Shown here in pieces: positions 12,001 to 24,258 of a DNA stretch of 64,000 bases. Each line of letters starts with the position of its first letter. Position 1 is the stretch's first letter. The position numbers were made by a program, and so were the translations under genes. The stretch lies in contig OZ237743.1 of assembly GCA_965178125.1 (NCBI GenBank), forward strand, positions 248,001 to 312,000. Reading direction: 5' to 3'. Source of the stretch: Bilabrum cf. latius. Its lineage: Eukaryota. The notes under the pieces were generated by a model. It had not been told where the DNA came from. It saw nothing but the letters and a program-made list of their open reading frames with translations, and made no database searches.

Positions 12001-13212
12001 GCGGGCAATGCCGGGGCTAGTGGCAGCGCCGGCGCGCAGCCACTGGCTGGCGGGTCCCTGCCCGGCGCTCTGTCAACGGTACCCGCCATCGACGGGCGCA
12101 CGAGCCGGTCCTTGAGGAAGAAGGCCCTTCGGAGGGCGCGCGCTCTGAAAGGGGCTTCCAATGGACAGGTGGACCCCAGGGACCCCCGTCAGTGGAAGAA
12201 GCAGCTGGCGGCTGGCCGGGCCAGGCAGGCAGAGCTTGACCACGCTGCCGCTGCCAAGCGCTCAGGCCTGGCCGAAGCCGCTCGTGCGCTAGCCAAGTCC
12301 AGGGCAGTGGCGCTTCGAGGCGGGGGCGAGTACAGGGCTGTCGGGGCCGGTGGGAAGTTCAGTCCGTGGGATCCTGTGGCCGGTGGCATGGGTGGTGGGG
12401 CAAGCGACGCGTTCTCGGGGGAGGCCTCTGCGGCTGCTGCTGCTGCCGGGAGGAGCAGCGGAGTAGGGCGGGGGCGGCAGAAGAAGGGCAAAGGTCAGGC
12501 AACGGCAGGCGCCCGTGCCTCGGCTCTGGCGGGCCTGGACCCAGGCTGGCTGGCCTCGAGGGTGTGGAACGACCTCGTGTTCGGAGACAGCGGCGCCTTC
12601 GCGACCCTCCGGCCGGGGGACCGCTGGCTGGACAAGCAGCCCCGCAAGGTGCGTGAGTTTCTGGATTCCGTGCCGGCCATGACCATGGTGGTGGTGCGCC
12701 GGGCCCCCCACGGGCTGGGCGGATCGCGGGCCAAGGAGCGCAGGCGGAAGGATCGGATCAGGCGCGCCACCCAGCTGGGCATCACCGTGGGTGAGCTTCC
12801 CGAGGACCCCATCGGGTTCAGCTACTCTAGACCGTGCGCGCACTGCCTGGCGATCATCAGGAGGTGTCCCTTCATCAAGAGGGTGGTGTTTTCCACGGGC
12901 AACGGGAATTCCACCCTGTCTCTGCACTCGTCACGCATGAGCACGGGCCACTTGTCGCACGCCCAGCGGCTCGCATGGGCCCGCAAGGTCGAGGTCATGA
13001 CGGGGGGCAACGCGGCGGAGCGATTCATCCGAGGGTTCGTCGGCGGGCAGGGCCCTGGCCTGGGAGGCAGTGGGAGAGCGGCGCGCGCCCGCGTCGAGGA
13101 GGCCTCGCGCGCACCCAGCGCCTTTCTAGCGACCGGGGCGCTGGGGCGGGCTGTCAAGTCCAAGGGGAAGGGAGGAGGGGCTTCCCATGGCGGGAGAAAG
13201 GGTGTGAAGTGA
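9015..13212 (+). CDS. Cytidine/dCMP deaminase-like zinc-binding protein with a very large low-complexity insertion; exons 9015-9173, 9262-9304, 9403-13212, with a frame switch near 10347-10357
   Basis: KHGAILVSGGKVVAVGAN, then spliced VHAELDAL, and distant YSRPCAHCLAII...IKRVVFST at ~12830. GT-AG introns 9174-9261 and 9305-9402. In-frame TAGs at 10122, 10369, 10681, 11578. Ends at TGA 13210-13212. Confidence 0.75.
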
Positions 13213-13329
13213 TTACAAAGATAAAATTTCGATACAAGTTATAAATGCCTTCAATCCAGTTCGGTTCCGGTCTGCGTGCAGCAGCTGGGGATGACGTTGG
13301 CCACACATTGCCTTCGCCTCGCTAAATTG

Positions 13330-14890
13330 ATGTCGTCTCGCCGACCGCGTGCTGGTTCTAGGTAGACTGGAAGTCTGAAACATGCACAAGAGCCCTCAAA
13401 CGGGGCACGTAAGGAGGCATTCGCGCACTCTGCTGAGCCCGACGAGACGGAGCAGAAGCTGAATCCACGCACCTTGTCTGATGATATGGAGTTCTTCGGG
13501 ACTCCGGGGGCAATCATTGTGACATTTTTAATCCATGCAACGGTTCTAGTGATCGCGTGGGGGCACGATGATGCGTTCTGGCCGGATGCTAGCAAGCTTG
13601 CGAGCTTGCTCTCATCCAAGGGATGGATCGAGCTATCAAGTCTGGTCACGCTTGAGGCAGCAACCGCCTTGCTCGGCTGGTGGGTATTCCACGTATTCCT
13701 CCACCTCATACTCCCTGCTCAAATTGCTGATGGAACGGAGCTCCGAAATGGCGAGCGACTACCGTACCGCCTAAACGGTGAGTGCCCTGAATCGTGCGCT
13801 TATCCTGGTGTGCAGCGCCCGAATCTGCACCCTATCTTGATCGAGTCGTAAATTACTCACTCGCCTTCCCGCAGCTACTCTGTGTTACTTTGTGTCGATT
13901 GGTGCTGCAATCGCCGCACACTCAGGCGGTCTGCTCGAGTTGCGATGGATTGCGGCTAACTTCCCGAGTCTCGCTGTCACGGCGATGGTTTTGTGCGACA
14001 TTGCTTCTATCGGCTTGTACCTATGGTCCTTCCGGCCGACCTCTGACGGCAGGCCGGTCATGCTCGCCCTCGCCGGCAACTCTGGCTCGGTGTGGTACGA
14101 CTTGTTCATCGGGCGGGAGCTCAACCCCCGGATTCAGCTGCCCCTGCTGCCTGCCCTGGACCTCAAGTTCTTCAACGAGCTAAGGCCTGGATTGCACGGG
14201 TGGATCCTCATCAACCTGTCCTTCCTCCTGGTGCACATGGACAACGTGGCCAAGCAGACGGAGCACGACACCCCGTTTGGACTGGGCATTACAGGGGAGA
14301 TGCTATTGGTGCAGGTCTTCCAGGCGTATTACGTGCTCGATTCCGCCATCAGCGAGCGGGCCATCCTGACGACCATGGACATCACCACCGATGGGTTCGG
14401 CCTCATGCTGTGCTTCGGGGATCTGGCTTGGCTCCCATTCACCTACTCCCTGCAGGCAGCATACCTTGCCACCAACCCGCTGCACTTCCCATTCTGGGCA
14501 ATCGCGCTGGTACTACTGGCCAGCTGCATCGGCCTTTACATCTTTAGAGGTGCCAACGGTCAGAAGGACCTGTTCCGTCGCAACCCCAGCCACCCAGATG
14601 TGAGAGACCTCGAGACGATTCAGACCGCAAGGGGGACGCGTCTAATCGCGAGCAGCTGGTGGGGACTATCGCGGCACATCAACTACTTCGGAGACTGGAT
14701 CCTGGCCCTGGCATGGTGCCTGTGCACGGGATTCAGCGCGCCAATGACGTACTTCTACGCGGGCTATTTCGCGGTGCTCCTTGTCCACCGGGAGAGGCGG
14801 GACGACCACGCGTGCCACAAAAAGTACAAGGGGGCATGGGACGAGTACAGGAGGAGGGTGCCGTGGAGAATCGTCCCGGGCATCTACTGA
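13330..14890 (+). CDS. ERG24: Delta14-sterol reductase (ERG24/LBR/TM7SF2 family); intron 13778-13874; alternative in-frame ATG at 13291
   Basis: Motifs LNPRT..MEFFG, GRELNPRI, DLKFFNELRPG, TTMDITTDGFGLMLCFGDLAWLPFTYSLQA, WWGLSRHINYFGD and KKY..AWDEY..RVPWRIVPGIY. One in-frame TAG (13363) in the N-terminal leader; TGA stop. Confidence 0.92.
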
Positions 14891-15172
14891 GAGAGGTGTC
14901 GTGCGGCAGCTGTAGGAGTAGGAGTGGAAATGACAAGCCTTGGGATCCGATGGCTCACGCGGGTCAGCCATTCGGCACCCGCGCGCCCGCCCTGGCTGGT
15001 TGGGCTGGCTGGATTCAGTTTTCAGCTCTGTGAAATATGAACTCAAAGACGGGTCTAAATATTTGTGCTGGATTTTTGTGCGGTCCGTCGGTGACTAGTC
15101 TACCGGTGGGCCAGATGTGACAATCGAAATCATGGTGGCATGTGCGCGTGACGAAGGAACACCGACTGCACA

Positions 15173-18100
15173 TCACAACTCGCGCACTACTGTCAAAACG
15201 GCGTGGCCGACAGATACCATGGCTAGCACCAGCCCGAGAGCCGCAGATACACCAGCCGCGCTCGCCCGCTCCCCCAAGTACAGCTCGGGAGCTGTCCCCC
15301 GCAGCAAAATGTCGTGCTGCGTGCCGTCGCCATCCCCAACTCCCACCGGCCCCAGGCACCATTCATGTCCGCACGACCCCAAGGCGCACATCAAGCTCCA
15401 TGCGAGGCAAGCCAGCATTGCTACATCTTCGTACAGACGCAGCCATGCGCCTGACACGCCCACCACTCGACCCAGACCCACCGCCGCCACCCGTCTGCCA
15501 GTGCTGCCGCCAGTACTGCCGGTGTCCTTCCTGCCGACATCGAGGAGCGGGTCAGTGGCAGCCGAGGCCTGCACCCACATGAGGCTCTGTGCATCCCACT
15601 GCAGCACCTGCAGCGCGCGAAGCACCACCAGGTCGGGCGAATGGGCTGCAAGACGCTTGTGCACTGCCCTGCACGCCAGCATCACAGAGGCAGGCAAACC
15701 CTGTTCCACGCCAGCATTCAGCTCGATATGGCTTTGGAGAGTCATGCTTTCGCGTGCACCGGGCTCGCTGACACCCTCCCCAGCTGACGAGGAGTTTACG
15801 CGAAGACTGATAGCATCCACAACCGATGCTTCCGGTCGCACCGATCTTGACGGGTTGACAAGGATGCCTTCATGCATGCTGTTCGATGGCAACTAACCGT
15901 GCAGGGGTCTGTCTGTGCCAGGAATGGTCAATGGTGCGGAGCTCTGGATCGAGGACTGGTACACCAGGCCGGTCCTTCGAAACACGGCGGATGGTGTCGG
16001 GGGTGTCCACGACGGCCCTGTGCCGGCGCTCGATGAATGAAGCACCGCATGGCTTCCCCCTACACCATAGCCTAGCACATCTCCTCGATGGCACAGTCTC
16101 AGGCAAGTGCCTGGCCCGTGTGAATCGTGCCCTGATCCACTCGCATCGGCTCCCCCAGCTTGGCCAGCCTCGAGCCCGTCCCTACCCGTTGTGCCAGTGC
16201 AGCAATGCATGCCGGCCCCGCAGTAGAAGCACAGACACTCGTTGCAGGAGCGTCCCCCTCGCAATAGCCACACGCGGTATACCAAACCGAATCCAAGAGC
16301 TCCAAACAGCAGCACGGCAGGCACGCTCATCCTACCGACGCCTAGAGAAGCGGCAAGCACCCAGTACACAGCCCAGCGGTACAGCCATACCACAGCCCAG
16401 ATCCCACCACTTGCCTAGTCTTCCTCTCGAGTGAGACATGTGGGCAAACACAACCAGCCAGTCTGCCCCGATGTACCATTGAGCTGCAGATGCTCGGCAT
16501 CACGCGGTGCCCTCCATGCCCCGGTCTCCTCCCACCGATCTCCAACATCGCTCTCCACCGAAGCGGCTGCACGGATGTCTCCACTACTTTTGCCTTGAGT
16601 CACGCCATTGGATTGAGAGGACGAGCACACTACGCTAGTATGGATCGATGGAAGCGGGCTGGCTTTTAGTGCCAACCGCTCCGCAGCACCTCGCAACCGG
16701 CTGTGGCCAAGAGTAGACTGCCCAGCCGCGGCAACCCCACCGGCGTCACTGGACTGTCGACTTGTCCATACAGACGGGGATGATGGAAGTTCCATGGGCT
16801 CACCAGAGGTGGCTGGGTCTTTTACACGTCCACTGCTTCCCTGTGCGCCCATCCGCTTGCTCACCGCTGGGATGCGCCCACCGCGGGCGAGACGGTGCAC
16901 ATGTGAGTCGGGGCTGCTGGCCATGGACGGCACTACGATCTTCTCCTGGGACTGCAGGCCAATGGCCGGCTTGTCAGTACCAAGCTTTCTGTCACTCGCC
17001 TCTGGTGACGTTGCGGGTCGTGGTTTGATTCGAACCTGACGGGCGCTGGCCCGGGCAGAGTCGAGAACGCCGGCATTCACCGATTGCTCGGTGGTAAGTC
17101 GATCCATCGAGTCAATCATCGGATCACCACGCACGATAGGATCCACTCCAGCCGCTGCGAGGCCCAGTGGACTAGTGCCTGTCTATCTTGAATGGAGAAG
17201 AGTCGTTGTAGGCAGCATATCTGCACTGCTTGCACCCAGCAGTACCATTTCAGCTTCGGACGCCTGGACTCCGCCCTCGCTGTGAAGCCATGCCAGGCGA
17301 GCAGTGCGGGCTGCAAATAGACCCCAGCAGCTAAATGACAGACAGGCTAGGAGCAACCACTAAGCGATGGCAATTGGGCCCACGTATAGCTACTCCCATC
17401 CAACACCACACTGCCTCGCGTCTTGTCCGCTCCCGGTGTGAAGGCACGGTAGATCAATGACAACACTGACAGAACCGGGCACTGCTGCTGGAAGCCACGC
17501 GCCCCCTTCCGCCCCTGGTCTGGCACCTGCCAGCACGGCACCCAGCTGCTGGGCCAGCGTCCCACCCGAGCGACCCCTCTGCACCTGTTGGTGTCCTCCA
17601 CGGTCAAATACCACGACGGGCAAAGGGCCAATGTGCACCTCCACATCCACTTCCATGGGCAGATATGGAGCATCCATAGGTGGATTCGGACGAAGCGGTT
17701 CGGGGCCCCTGGAGCTGGGCCGTGGCACCGTCGGCGCACGCACCTGCAGCACCCGCACGTCGACCACTCGCACGAACCCACGCGTGCCATTGCAGCTGAC
17801 AGTGCGCCTGTTCATCCGAGGTGCTTTGCCCTGGGACCACGCTTCCCAATCGGGTCCCAGCGGTGGCCCAGTGTCTACTTGCTTGCCCTTCAGGCAGGAA
17901 TCCCACTCGCCCAGCACGTCCATCACGTCTGCTTGAATCTCGGCCTGCAAGCGGGCCAGCTGGAAGGCACTAGGCGCGGGGTATCCCAGCCCGGGGCCCG
18001 CGCTCTACACTGCGGATAATGTGATTGACGGAGGCCACTAGTTCCGGTCAAACAGCATCGTGAAAGACACGATACCGCGACTTGTAGGCTCACGCTGTGC

Positions 18101-20627
18101 CCACCGGGATTCGCCTCGGTTCAAGACCGGCCCTCGGCCATCGTCTCGCTGGCACGCCATACGAGGGGTCACCAACATCGATGGATTGCCCTGCACGCGT
18201 TCGTACACAGGGGGCGACCACGCAGCGCGGTCCTTCCAGCCGCCGAAAGATGCCACGTACCGACTTGCTGCCTGACTAGCGCGCGGCACCACGCTCTCGC
18301 TCTGCAGCAGGGCAGGGTACCCGTCCCACCGGGACAGCCAAGGCCGGGCCAGCGACGCCAGTCCCATCCACCCTCGCGGCTGTACGCTGCCTTCTAGAGC
18401 AAGATCCACGGCAATCTGCTACGGGTGCTTGCAGACTGCTCTGCACACGGGTCGCATGTAGTACGCCCCTAGACTGCTGGTCTAGCCGCACTACCACTGG
18501 CCACCGCTGATCTGGGGCAGAGATCGGCGGGGTGTGTCAGCTGTCACCCTCCACAGCGCCGCACCCCTGTACCTGGCCTTGGGTCCTTGCAGCGGGATGG
18601 GGTCGAGGAGCATCGGCCAAGGCTTGTCATCCTCAACCAGTCCAGGGATGTTTGGAACGGCTGTTGGAACGATCCTTTTTCTCAAGTCGAACCCATCGAT
18701 CGTGAGATTGGGAAGCAACGCCCGATCTCCTACCGCTACGGTGGGATCGAGCTGACCACCCACTGCTGCCGCTCGTGTCGACGACGCCGCTGGATAGTCC
18801 ATGTGCAGCATGTCAGCGTCCCATTCGACCACTGGGTTCTCCGCGGACCCATTCCCAGTTGTGCCCATGTAGTAAGCCAGCGAGCACCCAAACCGCGGAA
18901 CCTGAGCCCCCACCGGCAGCCCTTGCACATGCTCCTGAGCCCAGGCATGCACTGCCTCCAGTTGTTCCCTGGATCCGATCTCCACCCTTCCAGGCAAGTT
19001 CAATTCGGGCGTACAGTTGCGAGCTGCTACGCAAGAAGGGTCGTCAAGCAAAACCTCTGCGGCAAGCACAGGGGGAAATCCCGCCGGGGGTCGATTGAAC
19101 AGCTGTACCTCTCTCGCAAAGCAAACGCTGTATCCACCAGACATGTCTAGCGGGGGCTCGGATGTGTTGCCGGGATGCAGTCTCAGGTGAGTGATGGATC
19201 GTGCGACTCCAGGCACCGACCAGACGGACTGCACCACCGGCCGTCGATTCACCCTCCACGGGTAGTCTGGCGCCTTGGCTGGGCCAGTGAATGGGAAGCC
19301 ACGGGGTGTCAGCGGCATCTCTGCCACGGTGCCCGGTGGATACACCACCGTGAGCACCTGGTGCCATCGGTTGTACAGCCCGCCTCCTCCATCACTGGCT
19401 GGGTATTCTCGACTTCCTGGGGGCACTGGCACTCCAACAGATAGACCCCCAAACATGTGGTTGGCGGCATACGAATCGTCTGGCTCGAAAGAGACACGAT
19501 CTGCCAGGTCGGGTCTACCAGGACGCGACCTACATTCCTGCGACGTGCTGTTTGGTGGCTCTCGCCATGCCATGGCTTGCCTGCACGTGTCGTTGGGTGC
19601 GATGGGCACGTCCATCGGGGTGCATGCCTCGCTGAGCACCGGCCTGGGGCACCGGATCATCCCCGTGATGCTGACCGCCACCCGCCGATACAGACCCAGC
19701 ATATGACTTGCAATGAACGCTTCGGACGATTGTCCTTGTCTCTCGAACGAAAATGGACGGTATGCTTGGCTGTAATCAGTCGATAGACCAGGGTGTGGCA
19801 TCCACGGCTGCAGCTGCTCGCCATACCTGGCGTCTCCAAAGTGCCTTCCATAGGCACCCACAAGCAATGAGCCTGTCTTTTTGGATACCATCGATGATTG
19901 CAAATTGTATGCCAGCACCCATTCCTCAGTGGTCCACGGCTCGATCGATCGGGTGGGCGGCAGGAGAGCGCTGATCCTGGGTGGCTGCCCCGTGCCGTAC
20001 GCCTGCTCCTGGGGTGTCACCGCTGCCGGAGACATGCCGCTGGAGAGCCCTGATACGGAGGGGTACACCCTATTTGGCCATGGTCCTGCCTGTCTTGGCC
20101 TCAGCAGAGTGCCAGATACCTCTGCCTCGGCCGGGCTGGAGGGCATCTCGGACGGAGGGAGGCCGCCGGGGCCCACGGGCCATCGCCAGTGCGCAGCTAT
20201 CTCGAAATCGGGCTGTACCCATTTCGATGGACCTGGAAGTATAACAAGCTTACAGCCTGCGTCGTCCGATCCATCTGGAGCTGCTCTGATTTCAGCTTGG
20301 TCCCACCGCAGGATGCGATGCCGACGGGTGGCTTTGAGGCCGACCCCGAGCACATGCGGGCCCTAAGCAGCAAACCAGGTCGCTGCGCCAATATGCATAT
20401 ATGCAGACTTAATAACTAATCATGAGCGGTGCAACAAGCTACAAACTATTTATTTCCACAGAATCGCAAGCAATACGAGTCTCACAATTGCAAACGGTAG
20501 CATTCGACTGCTACACGGATCCGAACGGAAGCATGATATGCGGACCAGATCGTAGCATGCCCCCAGCTACGTCTACGCAACGCACCGTGGTGCTAAAGAG
20601 TACGAAGAGAGCTATCAACGCGAACAT
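15173..20627 (-). CDS. Large (~1750 aa) uncharacterised secreted/membrane protein: putative signal peptide, Pro-rich ectodomain, several C-terminal hydrophobic segments
   Basis: ORFs ending at 18491, 18038, 17390, 16415, 15893 and 15173 share one frame, linked by TAG only, and end at TGA 15173-15175. A candidate first exon MFALIALFVLFSTTVRC starts at ATG 20627 (splice junction not resolved; alternative ATG 20398). Confidence 0.6.
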
Positions 20628-21201
20628 CAATGCAGACTTCAACTTGTCCAGACCGCAATGGATGCTGCCAGCACGAGTGGAGCGTTATTCATTATCCCAG
20701 AAATGAGTATAGCCATGAATACAAGGCACGCGATAGAGCAAAATTAATATATTTCCTATCTCAGCTGCGAAAAGCACGAAAGTCGTGTGATTGAAACATT
20801 TTGATCTTCATTTTTCATTTCGATCAGTTGGTCGCAACGCCACTAGATCTGAGAATTGCGAAGGTATGCTACGAGAGGGTCTCACTGGGTCGTAGCTAGA
20901 TCGTGTTGCTGATTAGGACTACCACTCGATTGAGCTTCGTTTCTGTTGCCCCCCAGGCCAGCTGGAGATCAACTTGCTGGTACATCGGTCCGCAGGGTCC
21001 GTTTCGTTCATGCTGATTTGTTCTCATGGAGTTTCTCACTTCCATCTATGTTCCTGTTGACCCCCGGTCTCCCACCGTCTGGGACCAGGTGACCTGGCCG
21101 TAGACAGGGCTAGGCTAGCCGGCCCCAGATCGCATCAATAATCGCACCCAACAAAGCAATCTGAATAGATTTGAGAGACGGCTCATTTTCACTGGCAAAG
21201 G

Positions 21202-22493
21202 ATGGCGGGATTCCTTGAATCTCTAAGCAAAATGGTGGACTCAGTAGCCGAAGTGGTCGCGCCTCGATCTGGCTCCTCGCAGAAGAAGGAACCTGCAACA
21301 GCGGCGCCAAGGATTGCCATGTACGATCACATGACTGGTTCACAGACGGCGGGTGCAAGTCAGGCAGGCGGGAGTGGGTTGCCCCCAGCTGGAAGTGCAG
21401 CAGTAGGATAGGCAATGCAGGGTGGGATGCCGCCAGCGTTTCAGCAGTAGCCTTCAGGCGCCACAAGCCATAGCCAAGTACGCATGATGCAGCCTCAGCA
21501 ACTGCCACGAGGCCTTCGAAGGTAGCGCCGGGGATAGAGGTAGCAACGAGGCACATATATACCAGCCAACGACGGGTTTAAGTCGACTGCTGGCAACCCT
21601 GCACTTGCAGCTGAATACCGTGAGATTTGTGCGACCGCGCGTCATCTGTTCCGCACACATGTTCGTGTGTCTCTACGCAAACCCCGCTAATGCGAGCAAG
21701 ACTGCATAAATATTGAACTCTCTTACGGTTTTGGTTTGCAGAAACCGCGCCAGACGGCACAGGCGCTGCTGGCGCGAGCAGTGCCATGTCACCCGCGGCG
21801 CACTCTGCTGCAGGTGGAGCCCCCCCTCCTACTGGCGCTGCGGGGCCGCCCGGCGGTGGGCCGTCCATCCACCCCGCGTACCAAGCATAGGGTACCGTTG
21901 CCAGTACTAGTAGCGCGCCCCCTCACGCGCCACCAGCGCCCGGTGTATTTCCGATGCCGTACGGTGGGGCGGTGTCGGCAACGGCAACGTCGGGACCCGC
22001 CGCCTCATTCTCGTCTGGCGCAGGCGGTGCTACGCTTGAGAGCAGTGGGCCTGGCGCATCAGCGGGGTCAGGAACGGGAGCCGGCCCAGGGCCAGCAGGC
22101 CTGGCCTCCTCTGCGGCTCCTGCGCCGGCCGGCACAAACGGTGGCAATCCGGCTCCGGGTAGCGCCGCAGGACCAGGTGTGTCTTCGGGTGGGCATCAAG
22201 GGGTGTCTCGGGCTGGCGGCAGTCCGTTCAAGCCGCAGGGATTGGCTGGGACGGGACCTGCGAGTGGTGGCATGCCGCCGGGGCACGCTCCCCATGCCCA
22301 GGCACAGGCCCAGGCGCATGCGCAGGCGCAGGCGCAGGGGTTGACAGGCTCGCCTGCACAGCAGGGCAGCGCACCCCTCGCGTCGCCGTTCCAGTCTCCT
22401 GCCGGTGCCGGTGGCGGCCCGTCCCGCGGCAGGAGGGGGCGGGCCTCTAGGCGAGGGGGCAGGTACGTGGCTGCTCCGTCCAATGGGTACTGA
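21202..22493 (+). CDS. Low-complexity Gly/Ala/Pro/Gln-rich protein; intron 21620-21741
   Basis: Start MAGFLESLSKMVDSVAEVVAP. Several TAGs in Gln-rich context (FQQ*P, R*RRG*R*QRG). The phase-1 intron gtgaga...ttgcag joins to the frame of ORF 21954..22493; TGA stop. Confidence 0.6.
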
Positions 22494-22688
22494 TCGGATT
22501 CCATTCAGTTTGATGTATTGTGCGACTGCGCTTCACCAAACCGTGTCACGGAATTGATATATATCTTTGACACAAGTGCTTGCACCGAATCAGGCATGAG
22601 CGTCCACGGCATTCACCACGACAGTTCGGTCCCCATTGTTATAGCTTGCGCGGGCTTCTACAGACACCTGATTGTCGCCGTGCGTTGA

Positions 22689-24086
22689 TCAGCGACCTTC
22701 AGACTGGCCAGTAGCCTCGCCAGCGCTATCAGCCTTCTCTGCCAGCTAGATGGCAAGCCCATCTACGTGGGGCTGCTGCAGAGATGGGTCTACGCTGCTC
22801 AGCGCCTTGCCTTCGGACTTGTCGGCGATGTAGCCGTGCTGAATGGCGGCGCGAGCCATGTCGGTGAGCGAATCGAGTCCATGCGACAGACGCAAGCCGA
22901 GCACCTTTTCAGTGGTGGTCGCATCGACCTTGGGGAAATGCCCGATCATGCTCTGGGCCACTGCTGCGTCCTTTATGCAGCACGCGAGGCAGTTGATCAG
23001 CCACGTGGGCGTCAGTCCAGTTGACACGGAATACCCCTTGTCGTTGAACTCCGCCGCAAGCACTTTCTGCATGTCGAGAAGCGAGGCAGCGCTGTGAGTG
23101 GCAAGAAACCTACGGTTGCTCGCCTATGGGGTTGCGAGAGCGAGCAGGTGCGCGCGAGCGACGTCGCGCACGTCGACGAACGGGAAGCCGCCATCCACCA
23201 TGGAGTTTCCGGCCATCATCTGCTCTAGCAGAGTCATGGATGTGAACGAGCCGATGTCGCCAAGCACTGGCCCCGTGATGAATCCCGGGTGGATTGTCAC
23301 CAGGTCGAACTTGGCTGGGCCGTCTGCTGCGTACGCGCCTTCTCCCCTGGCGATCTTCCACGCTTCTTGTTCGGCGAGGATCTTGGACTTGACATAGTGC
23401 TCCATGTCAGGCCCATCCGGATCGGAGAAGTCCGCTTCGGTCCAGGTCTTAATCGAGATGCTCCCGTGGCCGTACATGATCGCCGCCACCGACGACGTCA
23501 GCACGACTCGCTTCACGGTGCCAGCGCGATTGGCGGCCTAAAGCACGGATACTGTGCCCTGTACAGCGGGTTTGATGACTCTGCGATGGACAGCAACGAT
23601 GTGAGACGCGGAAGTGGGAAGTAATAGCGGCGCTTGCCTTCTGTCAATACCGTGCCGCGCTAGCAGCAGCAGTTCTGTCGGTTGAAACGGAATCCGTCGC
23701 CCAGAAGTATGCTATCGGATTTTTCCAGAAAATGACTCTCACTCATCTGCGTTGTCCGTGATTATGACGGGGCTTGCTATGTGCATGACATAGTCGCAGC
23801 CGCTCGCTACACGGACCCAGTCCACCACAGGCTACATCAGGTCTGCCTGCACCAGCTCCAGCCGACCTTCCGCACCTGGAAGAGCGCGAAGGAGCCTACA
23901 CTTCTTAGTTTTTAACGCGCGCGCGGTTCCTCTCACGCGGTAGCCTGCAGCGAGCAGAGTGCTGACCGCCCACGAGCCGACGAACCCTGTCGCACCAGTC
24001 ACGAGGACGAGCGGGAGCTTTGCCACCGTGGTCACACGGCTCGGAGTCGCTGCAACTTTATCGATGTTTGGTGAAACGGACGCCAT
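22689..24086 (-). CDS. NAD(P)-dependent extended SDR (dihydroflavonol reductase / aldehyde reductase-like); intron 23581-23742
   Basis: Motifs VLVTGATGFVG, GCDYVMHIASP, IKPAVQGT, VKRVVLTSS, YVKSK and FVDVRDVARAH. In-frame TAGs at 23832, 23538, 23124, 22746; TGA at 22689-22691. Confidence 0.9.
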
Positions 24087-24258
24087 ATCTTGCTTCTCTT
24101 TGCTATTTTGAGCAATGAAAGTGTGAGTATCACGTTTTGAGGATCTCCCGCAAATAGGAGAGTTTGCTTTTGCGGGCAAACCAACACTTCCGGTTTATAT
24201 GCGATTCAACGTGACCTATACTTGGCAAAACATCGTATCCCGTTTAAACAACATACAA

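Noticed and set aside
20700-21200. Possible ncRNA or suppressor tRNA in the longer intergenic gaps (also 28370-28690)
   Set aside because: I could not see a cloverleaf, T-loop/B-box arrangement or other structured-RNA signature. These look like divergent promoter regions.
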